From: Pelomyxa schiedti
Taxonomy: Eukaryota > Protista > Evosea
Direction: 5' to 3'
Length of the DNA stretch: 64,000 bases
Assembly: GCA_020536535.1 (NCBI GenBank)
Contig: JAHLWZ010000526.1
Coordinates: forward strand, 62,001-126,000
The notes below the pieces were generated by a model. That model was not told where the DNA came from, did not search any database, and saw only the letters and a program-made list of their open reading frames with translations. Every line of letters begins with the position of its first letter. Positions within the stretch are counted from its first letter, which is position 1. Below are positions 52,465 to 64,000 of the stretch, in pieces. The position numbers were made by a program, and so were the translations under genes.

Positions 52465-52905
52465 TCCAACCTGCTGTTTTCGGATAATCCCCCGCCATGC
52501 TCACAAGCTTTTCTGTACGCACTAAGTTGCAACGATCGCTGGATCTCTCTTCATTTCTGGGTATGCGTTGTGTCATATAGTCGCCGCACAAATCGTCCTC
52601 CTCCAACACATTCGAATCTCTCGACTGCATTTGCACAACACCTCGCATCTGTACTCACTTTATTTTTATCATTGTTTTGCATCCATCGTTCCCATGACAA
52701 GTTGTCCGGCATCTGCGTTAACGCTCCCTACACTTCTTAAACGAAAAGGAAAGGAAAAAGAAAAGGAAAATATCAGATCTACAAAAAAGGTCCCGGGCGA
52801 GGAAAGGGCACGTGGTTGGGCGTGGTGCTCAGTACCGCGATCTACAGGCAGATCTCGTGATATGACAACGTAGAATCTTTGATTTGGGGCGTTTGCGGCT
52901 CATTA

Positions 52906-53541
52906 TCAGAGAATGGACACAAAAACCGCCGAGCGGGATACGTAGGTTCTGGTAGTGACGAACTGTTGCTTGTTGTTGTTGCTGTTGGCATCGCCTTTTG
53001 TCGCCACTTCCACTTCCTCCCTCTTGGTGTCGGTGAGAACCCACTCCTTGGAAGTTATCAATTCCGCCGGCACCGTCTTCTCCAGCTCCTCCGCCGTCGT
53101 TGCAGCAACAGCGGCGGGCTGCGTAGCCACAAGCACCGTCGTTGTCCCGCCCCCTCCCCCGGTGGCCGCGATGGGCGCCAGCGGCGGCCCGGCCCCGCCG
53201 CGCCCGCCCCCCGCGCCGACGCCCCGGCCGAGGAGGTACACCCGCCTGGAGGAGCCCAGGGCGCCGCTCTGCACCACCCGGACGTTGGGGATCGTCTCCA
53301 GCCACTCCTGGAGGGGGAGCTCGGGCGGGCGGGCCGCGGACAGGGCGTAGCGGAATCGGCAGGTGAACGTCTGCGAGAGGCTGTCGAGCAGCAGCCCCTG
53401 GTTGCCGTGCTCGCGCAGCAGCGTCTTCACGTCCTCTTGCGCGTTGGGTGCCCGGCACCCGTACTGCATCCCCATTGGCATCGGCATCTGCATCGGCATC
53501 GGCATCGGCATGCCGACCCCCGAGCCGTAAACCGGGAACAT
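52906..53541 (-). CDS. Small protein with an OST-HTH/LOTUS-like domain (3' end uncertain, may be spliced)
   Basis: EDVKTLLREHGNQGLLLDSLSQTFTCRFRYAL...LQEWLETIPNVRVV fits the LOTUS pattern; (MP)n tract at the N-terminus. Confidence 0.6.
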   Translation of the reverse strand: MFPVYGSGVGMPMPMPMQMPMPMGMQYGCRAPNAQEDVKTLLREHGNQGLLLDSLSQTFTCRFRYALSAARPPELPLQEWLETIPNVRVVQSGALGSSRRVYLLGRGVGAGGGRGGAGPPLAPIAATGGGGGTTTVLVATQPAAVAATTAEELEKTVPAELITSKEWVLTDTKREEVEVATKGDANSNNNKQQFVTTRTYVSRSAVFVSIL

Positions 53542-53613
53542 CGCGCCCGCGATTAGATAGCAGATAACAGATAGATGTTTTTTTTTGAAATTTGAAATCC
53601 TTCAACAGTCGGC

Positions 53614-54924
53614 TCAGGCGAGTGGGAAATAAAGAGGGGCAACAGTGTGGTATAGGCCAACTTCGGCGTCTGTGAAATTGGCAAAAACAATCCTATCTAC
53701 CTGAATCGAGAGGTGAGGTCAAAATACCTGGACATCAACATACCTTGGTTGCGTTGTCTCCAGTTTCTAGCCAGGTCCTAACTGCGTGCAATGCAACCGA
53801 ACACGCTTTCTCGGCTGGATATCCGTATATCCCAGCGGAGATTCTGGGTTTCATTAAATTTATAAAGAGAGGAAGGTGCCATACCCACAAAAGGCCTGTA
53901 TCATGGGAAGATGGGACGAGGTAGTTTAGTACGAAAATGAACTCAAAGAATTGTACCAGGGTTCTCAAGCGATGAGAGTCAATGAAACTTAGGCAAGTGT
54001 TGTAACAAGATAGAAGTAGCTCTTGGTTTTCGCCTTGTGGACCCACAGTATGCAAAACATCTGTTAGTTAGCATAAACGGCTACTTTTCAGTGATAAATG
54101 TTCATACACTTGGCTGGCAACTTATACCCTTTGGTTATTTTTGTTTGACCTGTCTCACATCGTCCAATTGCCCGGCACTCACTCTTCAAATGTGGCCCAG
54201 CGGCAGCATGAATAGCGGCATCAACTATACCGAAACAATGTCAAGAGACCCCAGTGCATAATATCACCCATACCTCCACCGCCGCCACTGAGGGTAGCAG
54301 TTGCAGCATTCACTATGGCATCACCTGTATTATGTAAGGAGGGAAAAGGACAAGCATTTCAAAGTAGAACGCATTCTTATTAGATGAACGAAACCTTTCC
54401 TTGGAGATTCACAACTGCAAAAGTGGTTACGCAGGTTAGATAGAAAGTGCTGGTAGGTTATCGTACCACTTCCGTGAAACAGAGCAATCTTACCGTTGAG
54501 CAGTGGATTTGGTGCATAAGGGCCTCCAATGATAAGGCTCTTTGGACATTAAGAAGAACACATGACATAATATGGACAAGTTCACCTGCACCGCCTGTGG
54601 TTTCATCAATTTTGGCGGCACTTTGATGCCGGGGCTCTTGGTGCTACTTTTAGTTGGTTTCGCGGCAGCGGATGCCGTTGTTTTTCCTTTTGCGGCAGTG
54701 CCACCCGTGACATTTTTCCCCGTTGTTGTTGGTGTTGCATTTGCGTTTGCAGTAGTAGCTGTGGTAGTTGTCGTGGTGCTTGCATTATTGGGCTCACCGT
54801 CGTCTACAGCGTGCAATGTGTGCCAGTCTATTAGATCTGCCTACAGGGAAAACCTTATCTCGTGACCCCCAAAAAAAACGAGAGCCGAAAATACCATCGG
54901 CGTCACGGTTCCTTGCCATGCCAT
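53614..54924 (-). CDS. MacroD-type macrodomain protein (ADP-ribose/O-acetyl-ADP-ribose hydrolase family), multi-exon
   Basis: [51 protein letters not shown] and VDRIVF...YFPLA*. Confidence 0.9.
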
Positions 54925-54990
54925 CTCGTTCTTTTTTGTGAGAGACAATTCCCGATCAGTTCCACGAAACCACAAAACACTGTAAAAAAG

Positions 54991-57307
54991 ATGACGAGTA
55001 GAGGCGGTGAATGCGGGTGTTTCGACTACCACGGTGAAGCCCAGATCCATGCAGGAACTGGTCAACTCGCTACTAGTTGTGTGGTGGACGATTATTTGCC
55101 GTCGCATGTTGTTTCGCTCGTATGTGCGTTGAGATCTGTGGATCACCCGGGCCTGTTGCCCGTTGTGGACGCTCATTTAGACTCCGGCACGAAGAAAACC
55201 TTGGTCGTTGTGTACGACATTTCCGGTGGATACATTACGCTGCACGACGCAATCTTGTCCGGAGAATGGCCGCCTGCATCTTTCTCGGATTGCGACGCCG
55301 CTCGCGCTATCAATTTCGTGCTCTCCGCGCTACAAATACTTCACTCTGTTTGTGGGTGTGTTGGATGCATTATGTACGGTCATGTTAATGCAGCTCAGAA
55401 AACCTCATGGAGCCATCTCCACTAAGAGCATTTTTGTATCCACCTCGTCGAAGTTAATCAAAATCGGAGGCTTCACAGACTATCTAATCATATCCGCCAC
55501 TCATACAGCCCCTACTTGCACTCCACAACCACCTCAGAATTCCGTAAGATGGTGTGGCCTGTTTCCCACGCCTACAGATATGGGGGTTATCAAGACGTGC
55601 ACACCATCCACATCACGTGATATACATTCCCTCAAAGAAGTACTGCTACATGCATTGAGTCACTCACCCTATCTTGCCTCCACATTTCTTTACACTTCTC
55701 CCAAATTGGGTTCTGATTATCATTTTCACTCTTCACTGGAAAATACTACTGGGTGGACACAATTTTTCTCCATTATGCAAGCACCCCAACGTGACCTAAA
55801 AGAAGCACAGCAGGCACTTACGGAACTTTTTCCAGTTGTTTCATGTGGTGTGCATGTAACTCCCATAAACGTCTTACACCTGTTTCAGAGCCTGAATTTT
55901 TCCCGGGGGTCCTTGACTTGGACGTTTGGATTAAAACTCTAGCAAAAGATCCAGTTGTTACTCGGAATTTGTTGCACTCAATGCTGTTGAAGGAAGAGGA
56001 TCCTATTGGTAGTCCAGTTTCTTTCTTAGAGAAAAACCTAACACGCTTCCGTAGCTCTTCTTCTGTGCAGAATGATATATCGACATTACCCCCATTCTGT
56101 AAATGACCTTATACCCTTTAATGCCTGTCCCAAAGAAGAATTGTTGCACCGAGCCAAGAAAGCTCCTGCTCACCTGAAGCAAGTTGCTCGCTTCTTTTTT
56201 CCCCAAGTCACCCTCACAACAAAACAACAGAGAGCGTATCAACTCTTAGTACAGCATTCTAATCGCACACCAGTTCATGGATTTCTTTTAGCGCTATTAT
56301 ATGATTATGGAATTGGGACACCCCGCGATGTTGGCAAGGTCGTTATACTTTGTTTACCATGCTTTTCCCTCTTTTTGTTCATTGCTGTTATTTAGGCTGC
56401 AAGCCTATACAAAGGAGGTACAAGATCAAAATCATATCATTACTGTGATGCCATTTTGTAGTAATTTTATGGTATAAATAGCTGGAAAACAAGGGTTGAG
56501 TGCCGCCACCAGAAACTTGGGTTACTGTTATGAGAGGGGAGACGGGGTACCGAAAAATGAAACTAAAGGTTCAAACTCAAAAAAACCTCCCTTTCATTAC
56601 TGCTATTTATAGCCTGGAAATACTATAAACGAGCAGAGTCGGCAGGCAACATTACAGCTTTATTTGACATTGGGTGCTGCTATGAGTGGGGTGTAGGTGT
56701 CCCAGCAGACTCTACAATGGCATTTGAGTATTTAAAAAAGGCAGCAAGTCTCGGAGATTCTGGTGCTGCATACTCACTTGCCTGCATGTACTGGGATCCC
56801 CCAGCACGCACACAGCCACCCGAACAACAACCACAATCCATCACACCAGTTCCAACCTTCCGGGATGCACCAAACGCACTCCACTGGTTCCAAATAGCTG
56901 CTGATAGGGGATGCAGTGATGCTCAGCGACAGCTCGGCATGTTTTATTTCACTGGGGATATAGAGGCCAATGTGACACAAGATGTTTCCAAGGCAATGCA
57001 ACTGTTCTCACTTTCTGCTGCACAAGGAAATAGTATCTCCGAAGTCAGCCTGGGGATGTGCTTTGAGCAAGGTGTTGGGAGTGGGCCGGACCTTGATAAA
57101 GCCAAGTACTGGTACACCAAGGCCTGTGACCAGGATTCTGCTCTTGCATTCCTGTTGTTAGGAAGTATGTCTATTACTGGTCATGCCAAAGCCAGAGACT
57201 TGCGTGAGGGACTAAGGCTCATCCGCCTCTCTGTACAATTGGGAGGAGCCAAAACCTTGGCAAAAAGTGCACTTGTATCTGAGCCCTCTCTTGATGCACT
57301 TTTTTGA
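54991..57307 (+). CDS. Pseudokinase-like N-terminal domain plus Sel1-like repeats, multi-exon
   Basis: DHPGLL, LSALQILHS|..PHGAISTKSIF, IKIGGF; Sel1 repeats NLGYCYERGDGVPKN, DIGCCYEWGVGVPAD, AQRQLGMFYFTG and SLGMCFEQGVG. Confidence 0.85.
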
Positions 57308-57367
57308 CCACCAAATTCCAAAAAAAAAAAGTGGAAACAACAAAGAAAGAATAAGCCCTCAAGTGAA

Positions 57368-57904
57368 TCAACTTGTTGGGTCATATTTGTACAAACAAGA
57401 GTACACAGACTCAGAGACTGGACCAGGCAAGCCACGCCTCACAAACGTCATCATCTTGCTCTCCACATTGAGGGGATCAGATATGAGCTAATAAGACATC
57501 ATAAGTACAATGCCTGTTAACAGGTGTTGATGTTTGGGTACCTGGATATGAACGTCCAATGGGTGTGAAGACTCCGTTATGTTAGAATGCCAGTCTCTGA
57601 ACAATGTGCCAATGGAAACACTTACAACAAGAGGGTGGTGAACAACAGCTCTGAGCCTGTTAATGAGAGCCTGCTCAATTTCTGTTTTGGTGAGATATAC
57701 CACAGGAAGGGAATACTGACCCTGTAACCTGGCTACGCCTGTGGGCCCAGCGTCCCTCACCGCGATTGCCAAGTCTGTTTAGTTGTGGGTTGCAAGTTAC
57801 TGACTGTTGTGTGCGTGTGTTTTTTGGGGTTTATCGTAATTGACTGGGGAGTACAAACTTCGGTGCATTCCGCACACTTTGTGGTCGAGACTCGCGTCCG
57901 ACAT
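57368..57904 (-). CDS. Small hypothetical multi-exon protein
   Basis: ATG at 57904 (MSDASLDHKV...); plausible GT-AG splicing leads to ...LDVHIQ|LISDPLNVESK...YKYDPTS*. Confidence 0.4.
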
Positions 57905-58187
57905 CAGAGTGGCGTAACGTGTACCATCACACAACATTCCTCAGAAGATGCACAAAATCTCAATCAGGAAAATACAGAACATTATGTCACCGGGCCACCC
58001 ACACTGAGAAGAAGCGTTTTGCACTTTGGGAAAGAGCTCACACCGTGGCGAACAGAGTGGCAATGCTATGGTATTCCTTTGGAGCCGCGATCCTGGAGAG
58101 GGGGAACTGGAGGAAATTCGACCGCGGAGTACGGGCTTTTTTGTCACTGATAGGATCATTGTGACTTGCCTGCACTCTCCCCAAAAA

Positions 58188-59846
58188 TTGGGGGTCAAAT
58201 AACTCCAATTTCTTGGTTTTTGACACAACGATGCGACAATTTCGATTTTTTGACACAACGCTGTAGATTGTACCATTCTGCGAAATCTGTTACTACCATG
58301 TGGTCCGGAGCCAAGGTTTTAACGCTTTCGGGGTCGTTTTGGCTGAGGTGCTGTGGCAGTCTCCTTGGGAATGGGTGCCACTTGTGAAGCTGAAGGTCTG
58401 TGTTTGCTGTTGCTGAGGAACAGCTTGTGCTTGCTTTTCTTTGATAGAAGCCCCAGCTGTTTTTGTTGTTTCCATGTTTCCAGTTTTTGCAGCCCAGTCA
58501 GAGATGGCTTTCCTTCATGCATTTGCAGATGACTTTCTGCAAGCTGTAGGTCTGTGTCAGTGAGATGCAGTGCAGCTTGTAATGTCACCAGCAATTCAGA
58601 AGAGAAATGAGAAATCCCCAGATATGCTATAAACAGTAAAAACAAAAAAAAAAACTGTGGTACCTACCCTTTTTTGGTGGTTTTCGCACTGAAGTTGTTG
58701 TGGTTGTCACAGAAGGTGGAGTTTGAGGTCCTTCTTGTTGGTAGGAATTGTAGGTCATCATCTCTTAGAGGTGGTGGAGCTATTGGTACCAACACAGCAA
58801 TAGGAACTGTATGTTTTGGTGGGGGAAATTGGAATTCCACAAGGGGTAATCTATTCTCTGGTGAAGCAAGACCATACATTTTATACAACAACTCAGAAAA
58901 TAAACTCTGCTCTTCAGTGACACAAGAATGAAACAACAGCTTTTTTTCAGCTGCTTTCACATGACCCCTGACACCTTCAGTCAATTTGTGCACAATCTTC
59001 AATCTTCTCTTTTTGAGTTGATGTATAAAATGTATGGTCTTGTTTCACCAGAGAAGAGATTACTGTGTACTTTAGCAAGTACACGAGCTTTAGCTCTATG
59101 GACACTCTGCGGACTCTGTACGAATCTCGACTCTCGAGATCCAATGCGGGCTTGATGGGAATAAGGCAGTGACGATCTGATGAGACACAGAACGCACTAA
59201 TGCGGACTGCAGTGGTGATTGATTCTAAGGTAATCTTGACTGAGAATTGGACAACAGCGTGGCTTCAAAGCTAACCGCACCTAACCGCACCAAATTAATT
59301 ATCCTTTGAACATGTGCAACCCAAGCACGAGAACAAGCAAGAGAACCTTTACACTCTCACTCTCTTTCGTTCTTTTCCCTCTGTGGGGCTTTATTCTCTT
59401 CCCACAGAAGCTAACATTACCCCTTGTGGAATTCCAATTTTCAGAAGAAAGCCTTGGTGGAGGAGGATTTGGGGTGTCAAAGGTGTTGAAATGTGAAGCC
59501 AATGTCATATTTTGGGACAATGGTGACTGTGGATGTGTGTTAGACCTCGAAACCATCATGCCACAACTTCTTATGCACTACCACATACACAACAGTTTGC
59601 CCACAATCAAACAGGTTTTTTGTAATCAATTTAGGAGAATGATACAATCTGGTCTGGGTGCCGGAAAATTGTACTTTTTTTTGGGTTTCCTCAGTCCCAG
59701 TGCCTCCTTTTTCACTGGGAACCAAGGGAAACACTGCTCACAGCTCTGTACTACCTTCTCCCCCTGGTTCGACACGATTTTGACACCATCCGGACCAGAT
59801 CCAGAATTTTCTTGTGTTTTTTGGGTAGAGTTGGTTTGACCCCCAA
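58188..59846 (-). mobile_element. Dispersed repeat, copy B, with short TIR-like ends and an internal inverted repeat (probable non-autonomous DNA transposon relic)
   Basis: 58460-59846 is homologous to 10587-11850. TTGGGGGTCAAA..AACTC occurs at 58188 and inverted at ~59828-59846. Subterminal direct repeat TTTTTGACACAACG at 58217 and 58247. Confidence 0.6.
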
Positions 59847-60348
59847 AAATGGTGTTTACCACTGGACCCGACTGCAGAAACCCGTATCCCAACTTTTCAT
59901 GCAAGTGGCATATCTGGAGCCCAGGGGCGGTCATTTTACATAGAGGAAAAACCACATGATGTAATTTAGGGCGGTGACAAGTGACGACGAAGTGGTTTGC
60001 CGAACAATCAGTCTCCACATAGGTGGTTGTGGCCCTTCTGCTCCAGTGCGTTCTCTGGATGGTGCACTCTACACCCTCACAGAGAGTGAGGAAAGGCAGG
60101 CTTTTTCTGAGATGAATGCAAACATGTTTGTGCAGCTGACATGTGGCCCCAATTCCGTGCTGACCTAGAAAGGGCCATCAACCTGCAGAGTGCACCCGTA
60201 TCCTCAGACGGCTCTCGCCATTGATTATTTCCAAGTTTTTTATGTGAGGGCACTTTCGGTGCTTTGTTTTTTGCACGTTTCCGAAAAGGAACAGCACGGC
60301 AACCTTGAGGCGTCCACGATTTTGTAACAAATTTCGACACCGGGGGTA

Positions 60349-63300
60349 ATGCTCGTCAGCGAGTACGGGGAGGGAATAGAAGGCTCTGTTGGCAGCAAAG
60401 CCTCCCGGCTCTTGCGTCTTAGGACTGCACTGTCCCAAGTTGGTGCGACTGTGCCGCCGCTGGCGTGCGTGCCAGCGTCCGCGTACGACAGGCACGTAGC
60501 GTTCGTGGTGGCGCGCACGCGGCGGGACGGAGCGGGGGAGGGCGCCGTCTCACAGTCACGGTGCGAGGCCCGCTCCGGCGATGGGGCCGGTGCCGCCGAG
60601 GGCGACGAGGAGGCCACGTGCGAGCGCGTGCGTTGTGCCATGATGGGACCCGGATCCCTGGAATCCGAGACTACCGAGAGGCTGAGAGGCGAAGTGAAGG
60701 CGTTCCTGGAATCAGAACGGCTTATGGGAACCGACGGGGGCGTTGCACTTGCGGTGAGATCGTCTTGTTTAGTGGAAGACTCGGCCACTTGCTCTTGTGC
60801 TGGTACTTTTTTCCCCCATAATTTATTCCTTTTGCATAAAAATAAGTCGATTAATTACATTAAGACTTTCCTATTGTTTTACACCTGTGTATTCCCACTG
60901 GGGGATGAATAGGAATGTTTGAAACAATTTTGAATGTAAGAGGGACTGATCAAGTGATGGAGGCAATAAAAGCTGTGTGGGCTTCGGCGTGGTCTCCACA
61001 GGTACCCCTAAATTTAAGAGGAAAGCCTCACACAAGAATGGCTGTGATCCTTCAGGTAAATATACCGCATTCTACCAGTGTTTTTGACTGGTGAATCAGG
61101 CACATGTAACCAGTGAAATCAGTGGTGTTGCTTTTACTTGTGATCCTGTATATGGTGACACCAGCGTTGTGGTGGTCGATGCAGTTCCTGGTCATGGTCA
61201 TGGAATTGTGTCTGGTGAGGTCACACCAGATCATTTTGTAATTTCGAAGTCACAAAGACGTGTTGTGAGCTGGGCTATCGGTACACGAACTGGTGCATAC
61301 TTCCCTGACCAAGTTGGTCTTTTGTGGAAAACAATTCCTCCAACAACCCTGCCAGTTCTATCTGAAGAACAAGCTGTGATAGTGGCCAATGCGTCTCTCA
61401 GGGTGGAGGAACTTTTTGCAAGCATCCCGCAGGACATCGAATTCTCATTCAACGCGGATGGGAAATTATACCTTCTTCAAGCAAGACCCGTTACTTCGTG
61501 CCACAGACTCATGTCATGGGAACCTCCTTTGTCTGGCGTGAAGTACTTACTGGAGACAAATTTCTTCAATAAACCGCTGGCTGAGTTATTTGCAACTGTA
61601 ATGAGTGATGCTGTCACTCACGCCGCCACTGAGGCATATGATGTTTATGGTGCTTCTGAGCACTGGCAGATGCACTTATTCAATAACTTTTTCTATTTAT
61701 TCGTTGAGAAATCAAAATTTTCATGGGAAGAGCGTTTACCCCTGCAAGAAGCTGCCATTGCCTCCAAAAAGTGGCTGATCCAATTCCAAGAGTGGAACAA
61801 GATTTTGAAGCCCCAACTTATTGAGAGGCACATCAAACTCCAATCACAAAATGTTTCCAAACTCACAAATGCTGAGTTGGCCGAACATTTGCGGGAGTGT
61901 GCCTACCACTATTCCAATTCAAGCTCAACTCATAGTAAGAATGGACGTGCACCTGAAATACTCATGGGATTCATGTTCCTTCTACTGAAGGAAATATGCA
62001 GTGACTCAGATTCTCCTCAGTAACTTTTCTTTTTTTTTGTTTTCAACAAAAAATCATTTTTTGAAAGGAAAGTCGTGACAGTCATTGAAAACAGAATGCT
62101 TCGAGCTGGTCACAGTCCAAATATCAGATTCCCAGAACTTCAGTTATTATATGCTGCTTTCCAGGCCTCACCTGAAGCAACTTTTCGACTTAAGAGTTCA
62201 CAAGATCCTGTTGTTATTGATGAACTTGCAGGAGGGTCGTATCCTCACACACACATTCCGCAGGACTGCAGTTGTGTGCAGGTGCGTCATGCAATGCAGA
62301 GGTTCTTATCACATCACAGCTTCCTGTTGCTCGGCCCGTTGGGGCATGATGCTTGTTGCCTTGGAGATTTGAAGGAGAGTATGCTTGCCATTGTCAAAAG
62401 TTCTTTAGATAGGCCTGTGATGCTTGGGCAGGATATACATGATGTGAAGGTACCTCTTGTGCTCAATCGGCTTTCTTAGACCTATGACAACAGCTGTCGG
62501 ATTTTGAGGAAGACCCCATCTACATCTCACTTTTGGAGTCTATCCAACCCAAAGATAGGGAGCGATTCCAACAGATGTTGGTTGAAGCTGGGGCAGTTCA
62601 CACCATGCGAAATGAAAGAAACTTATATTGTGAAGCCTGGGCTGGTGGTATATTGAAAGCAGTAATTCTTGAAGCTGCAGGGAGACTTCACAAAACTGGT
62701 GGACTGGCATCAATTGAACATGCTTTTCATGCCAGAGTGGATGAACTGGCCTCTGCTTTGACAAATGGTGAGAGTGCCATGAGGCACCTTTTTGAGAGTT
62801 CTTCTCAAAGATATGCTCTTCATCACGAACTTACACTTGCGGATGCTCCCCCTTCCATTTTCTGGAAAGCTTCATCCTTCGAGGAAGAATCAAATGGCAA
62901 AAACAATCTGGGTCCAGTGGATAAAGCAATGCTTGCATATGTGGATGCAAGAGGCAGAGGGAAGTTCATCCCAAAGCAAATCCGTAAGGAAGAAGGGGAG
63001 GCGATCGTGTTACTTTCAGGCATTCCAGCCAGTCCCGGCTGTGCTATTGGTACTGCTTGCCACCTCCCAACACCATCAAGCATCCCGTGTCTTCTTCCTG
63101 GTGACATTGCCGTCATTGTAGACGCTTCCCCAGCATTCAGTGCCGCGTTGACTTTGTGTTCTGCAGCTCTTTCCGAGCAAGGTGGGCAGCTGTGCCATAT
63201 GGCGATCTCTGCAAGGGAGGTTGCTACTCCTTTCTTCGAGTTAGATTCCCGATCATTAACCTCTTTAAGTTAAGAATTCCTGCTGTTGTTGGACTTGGAA

Positions 63301-64000
63301 AAGGTTTATCATGGCTCCACGGACACCAAGTCAGCGTTGATGGGGCAGCTGGCACAGTAAGAGTGCTGACAAATGAATGGCATCCTCCCTCTACCTCCAG
63401 TGCTGTGTGGCATCGCCTTCCCGTGTGTCAGTTCCCCCTGTTTGACATATCTTGGCACATAATCAACGGCACTCTCGAGCATACAAATGACTTAAGTCAG
63501 ATCAAGAGAACTGGGATGTACTTAAAGGTGGCCAATGTCAACAGAGTGCCGTACATTACATTTGAGACAAGCCTAACAGACGAGATGGCCGTGATACCAG
63601 ATTTCGCTTCTATCAATCTCACGAACGTAGTGCTTCAACACCAATACCTTCTTCAGATGGAATCAACCATCACGATCTCGGATGGAGGTATAGGAACCCT
63701 TGCGGAACACATTCTTGCGTGCCATAAGAATGCCCTGTCTTGCTTCTCCCTTTTCTGGGAGTGTGGTGTGATTGCAGCTTCGCTTCTTGGGTCCTACCTT
63801 GAGAACGGCGGAGACCTTCTTGAAACAGTTAAGCAGCATACCTCCGCAATTTCCGCAGCAAAGTGCACAGAAATTCTTGCTCAATCGGATGATGTGGAGC
63901 GGTGCTGCTTGTCCCTGCAAGAAGCGTGCCGCCTCCCACCTGGAATCCTTCCAGAACCGCAAAATTCCACCCTTCAAAGGCTAATTTACTGCGGATTTAT
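60349..64000 (+). CDS. Rifampicin-phosphotransferase-like PEP-utilising enzyme family protein (ATP-grasp, substrate-binding domain, His swivel, then a second substrate-binding-like domain); continues beyond the window
   Basis: VGSKASRL, LAVRSSCLVEDSATCSCAG|MFETILNV, SGVAFT, IVSGEVTPD, PQDIEF, LYLLQARPVT; swivel GIPASPG...EQGGQLCHMAISARE|LRIPAVVG...VSVDGAAGTV. Confidence 0.88.

Noticed and set aside
59306-59839. 177-aa ORF in repeat copy B as a real gene or transposase
   Set aside because: Frameshifted in copy A, non-ATG start and no recognisable DDE/RT/HUH motifs.

Overview
Gene-dense eukaryotic genomic DNA with many short spliceosomal introns (mostly ~40-60 nt), compact head-to-head gene pairs and one 100-N assembly gap (26426-26525). 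The actin sequence ([19 protein letters not shown]...VMAGMG) and an expanded intronless 'HPRCG..SP' gene family suggest an amoebozoan, probably an archamoeba such as Pelomyxa (inference, not verified). Genes in order: PP2C with an inserted WW domain, RNI-like LRR protein, Mei2-like RRM protein, two HPRCG-family genes, a hypothetical gene, a PH/PAK-like pseudokinase, NOT2, a membrane protein, a secreted FGE-sulfatase-domain protein, actin (gap-truncated), a C2-villin/gelsolin protein, DP transcription factor, a degenerate EF-1alpha-like GTPase, a third HPRCG gene, a possible MERIT40-like relic, a second actin, class I PI3K, a GT71 mannosyltransferase, a LOTUS-like protein, a macrodomain protein, a pseudokinase-Sel1 protein, a small hypothetical gene and a rifampicin-phosphotransferase-like protein running off the window. 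Top observation: the 3' UTRs of both actin genes fold into the same ~230-nt rod-like hairpin, kept by many compensatory substitutions even where the primary sequences cannot be aligned. Also notable: a villin-like protein ending in a WASP/WAVE-type CA motif, and a scrambled ~1.3 kb inverted repeat pair carrying a CpG-deamination signature. All gene models and RNA pairings were derived by eye, so boundaries are approximate.
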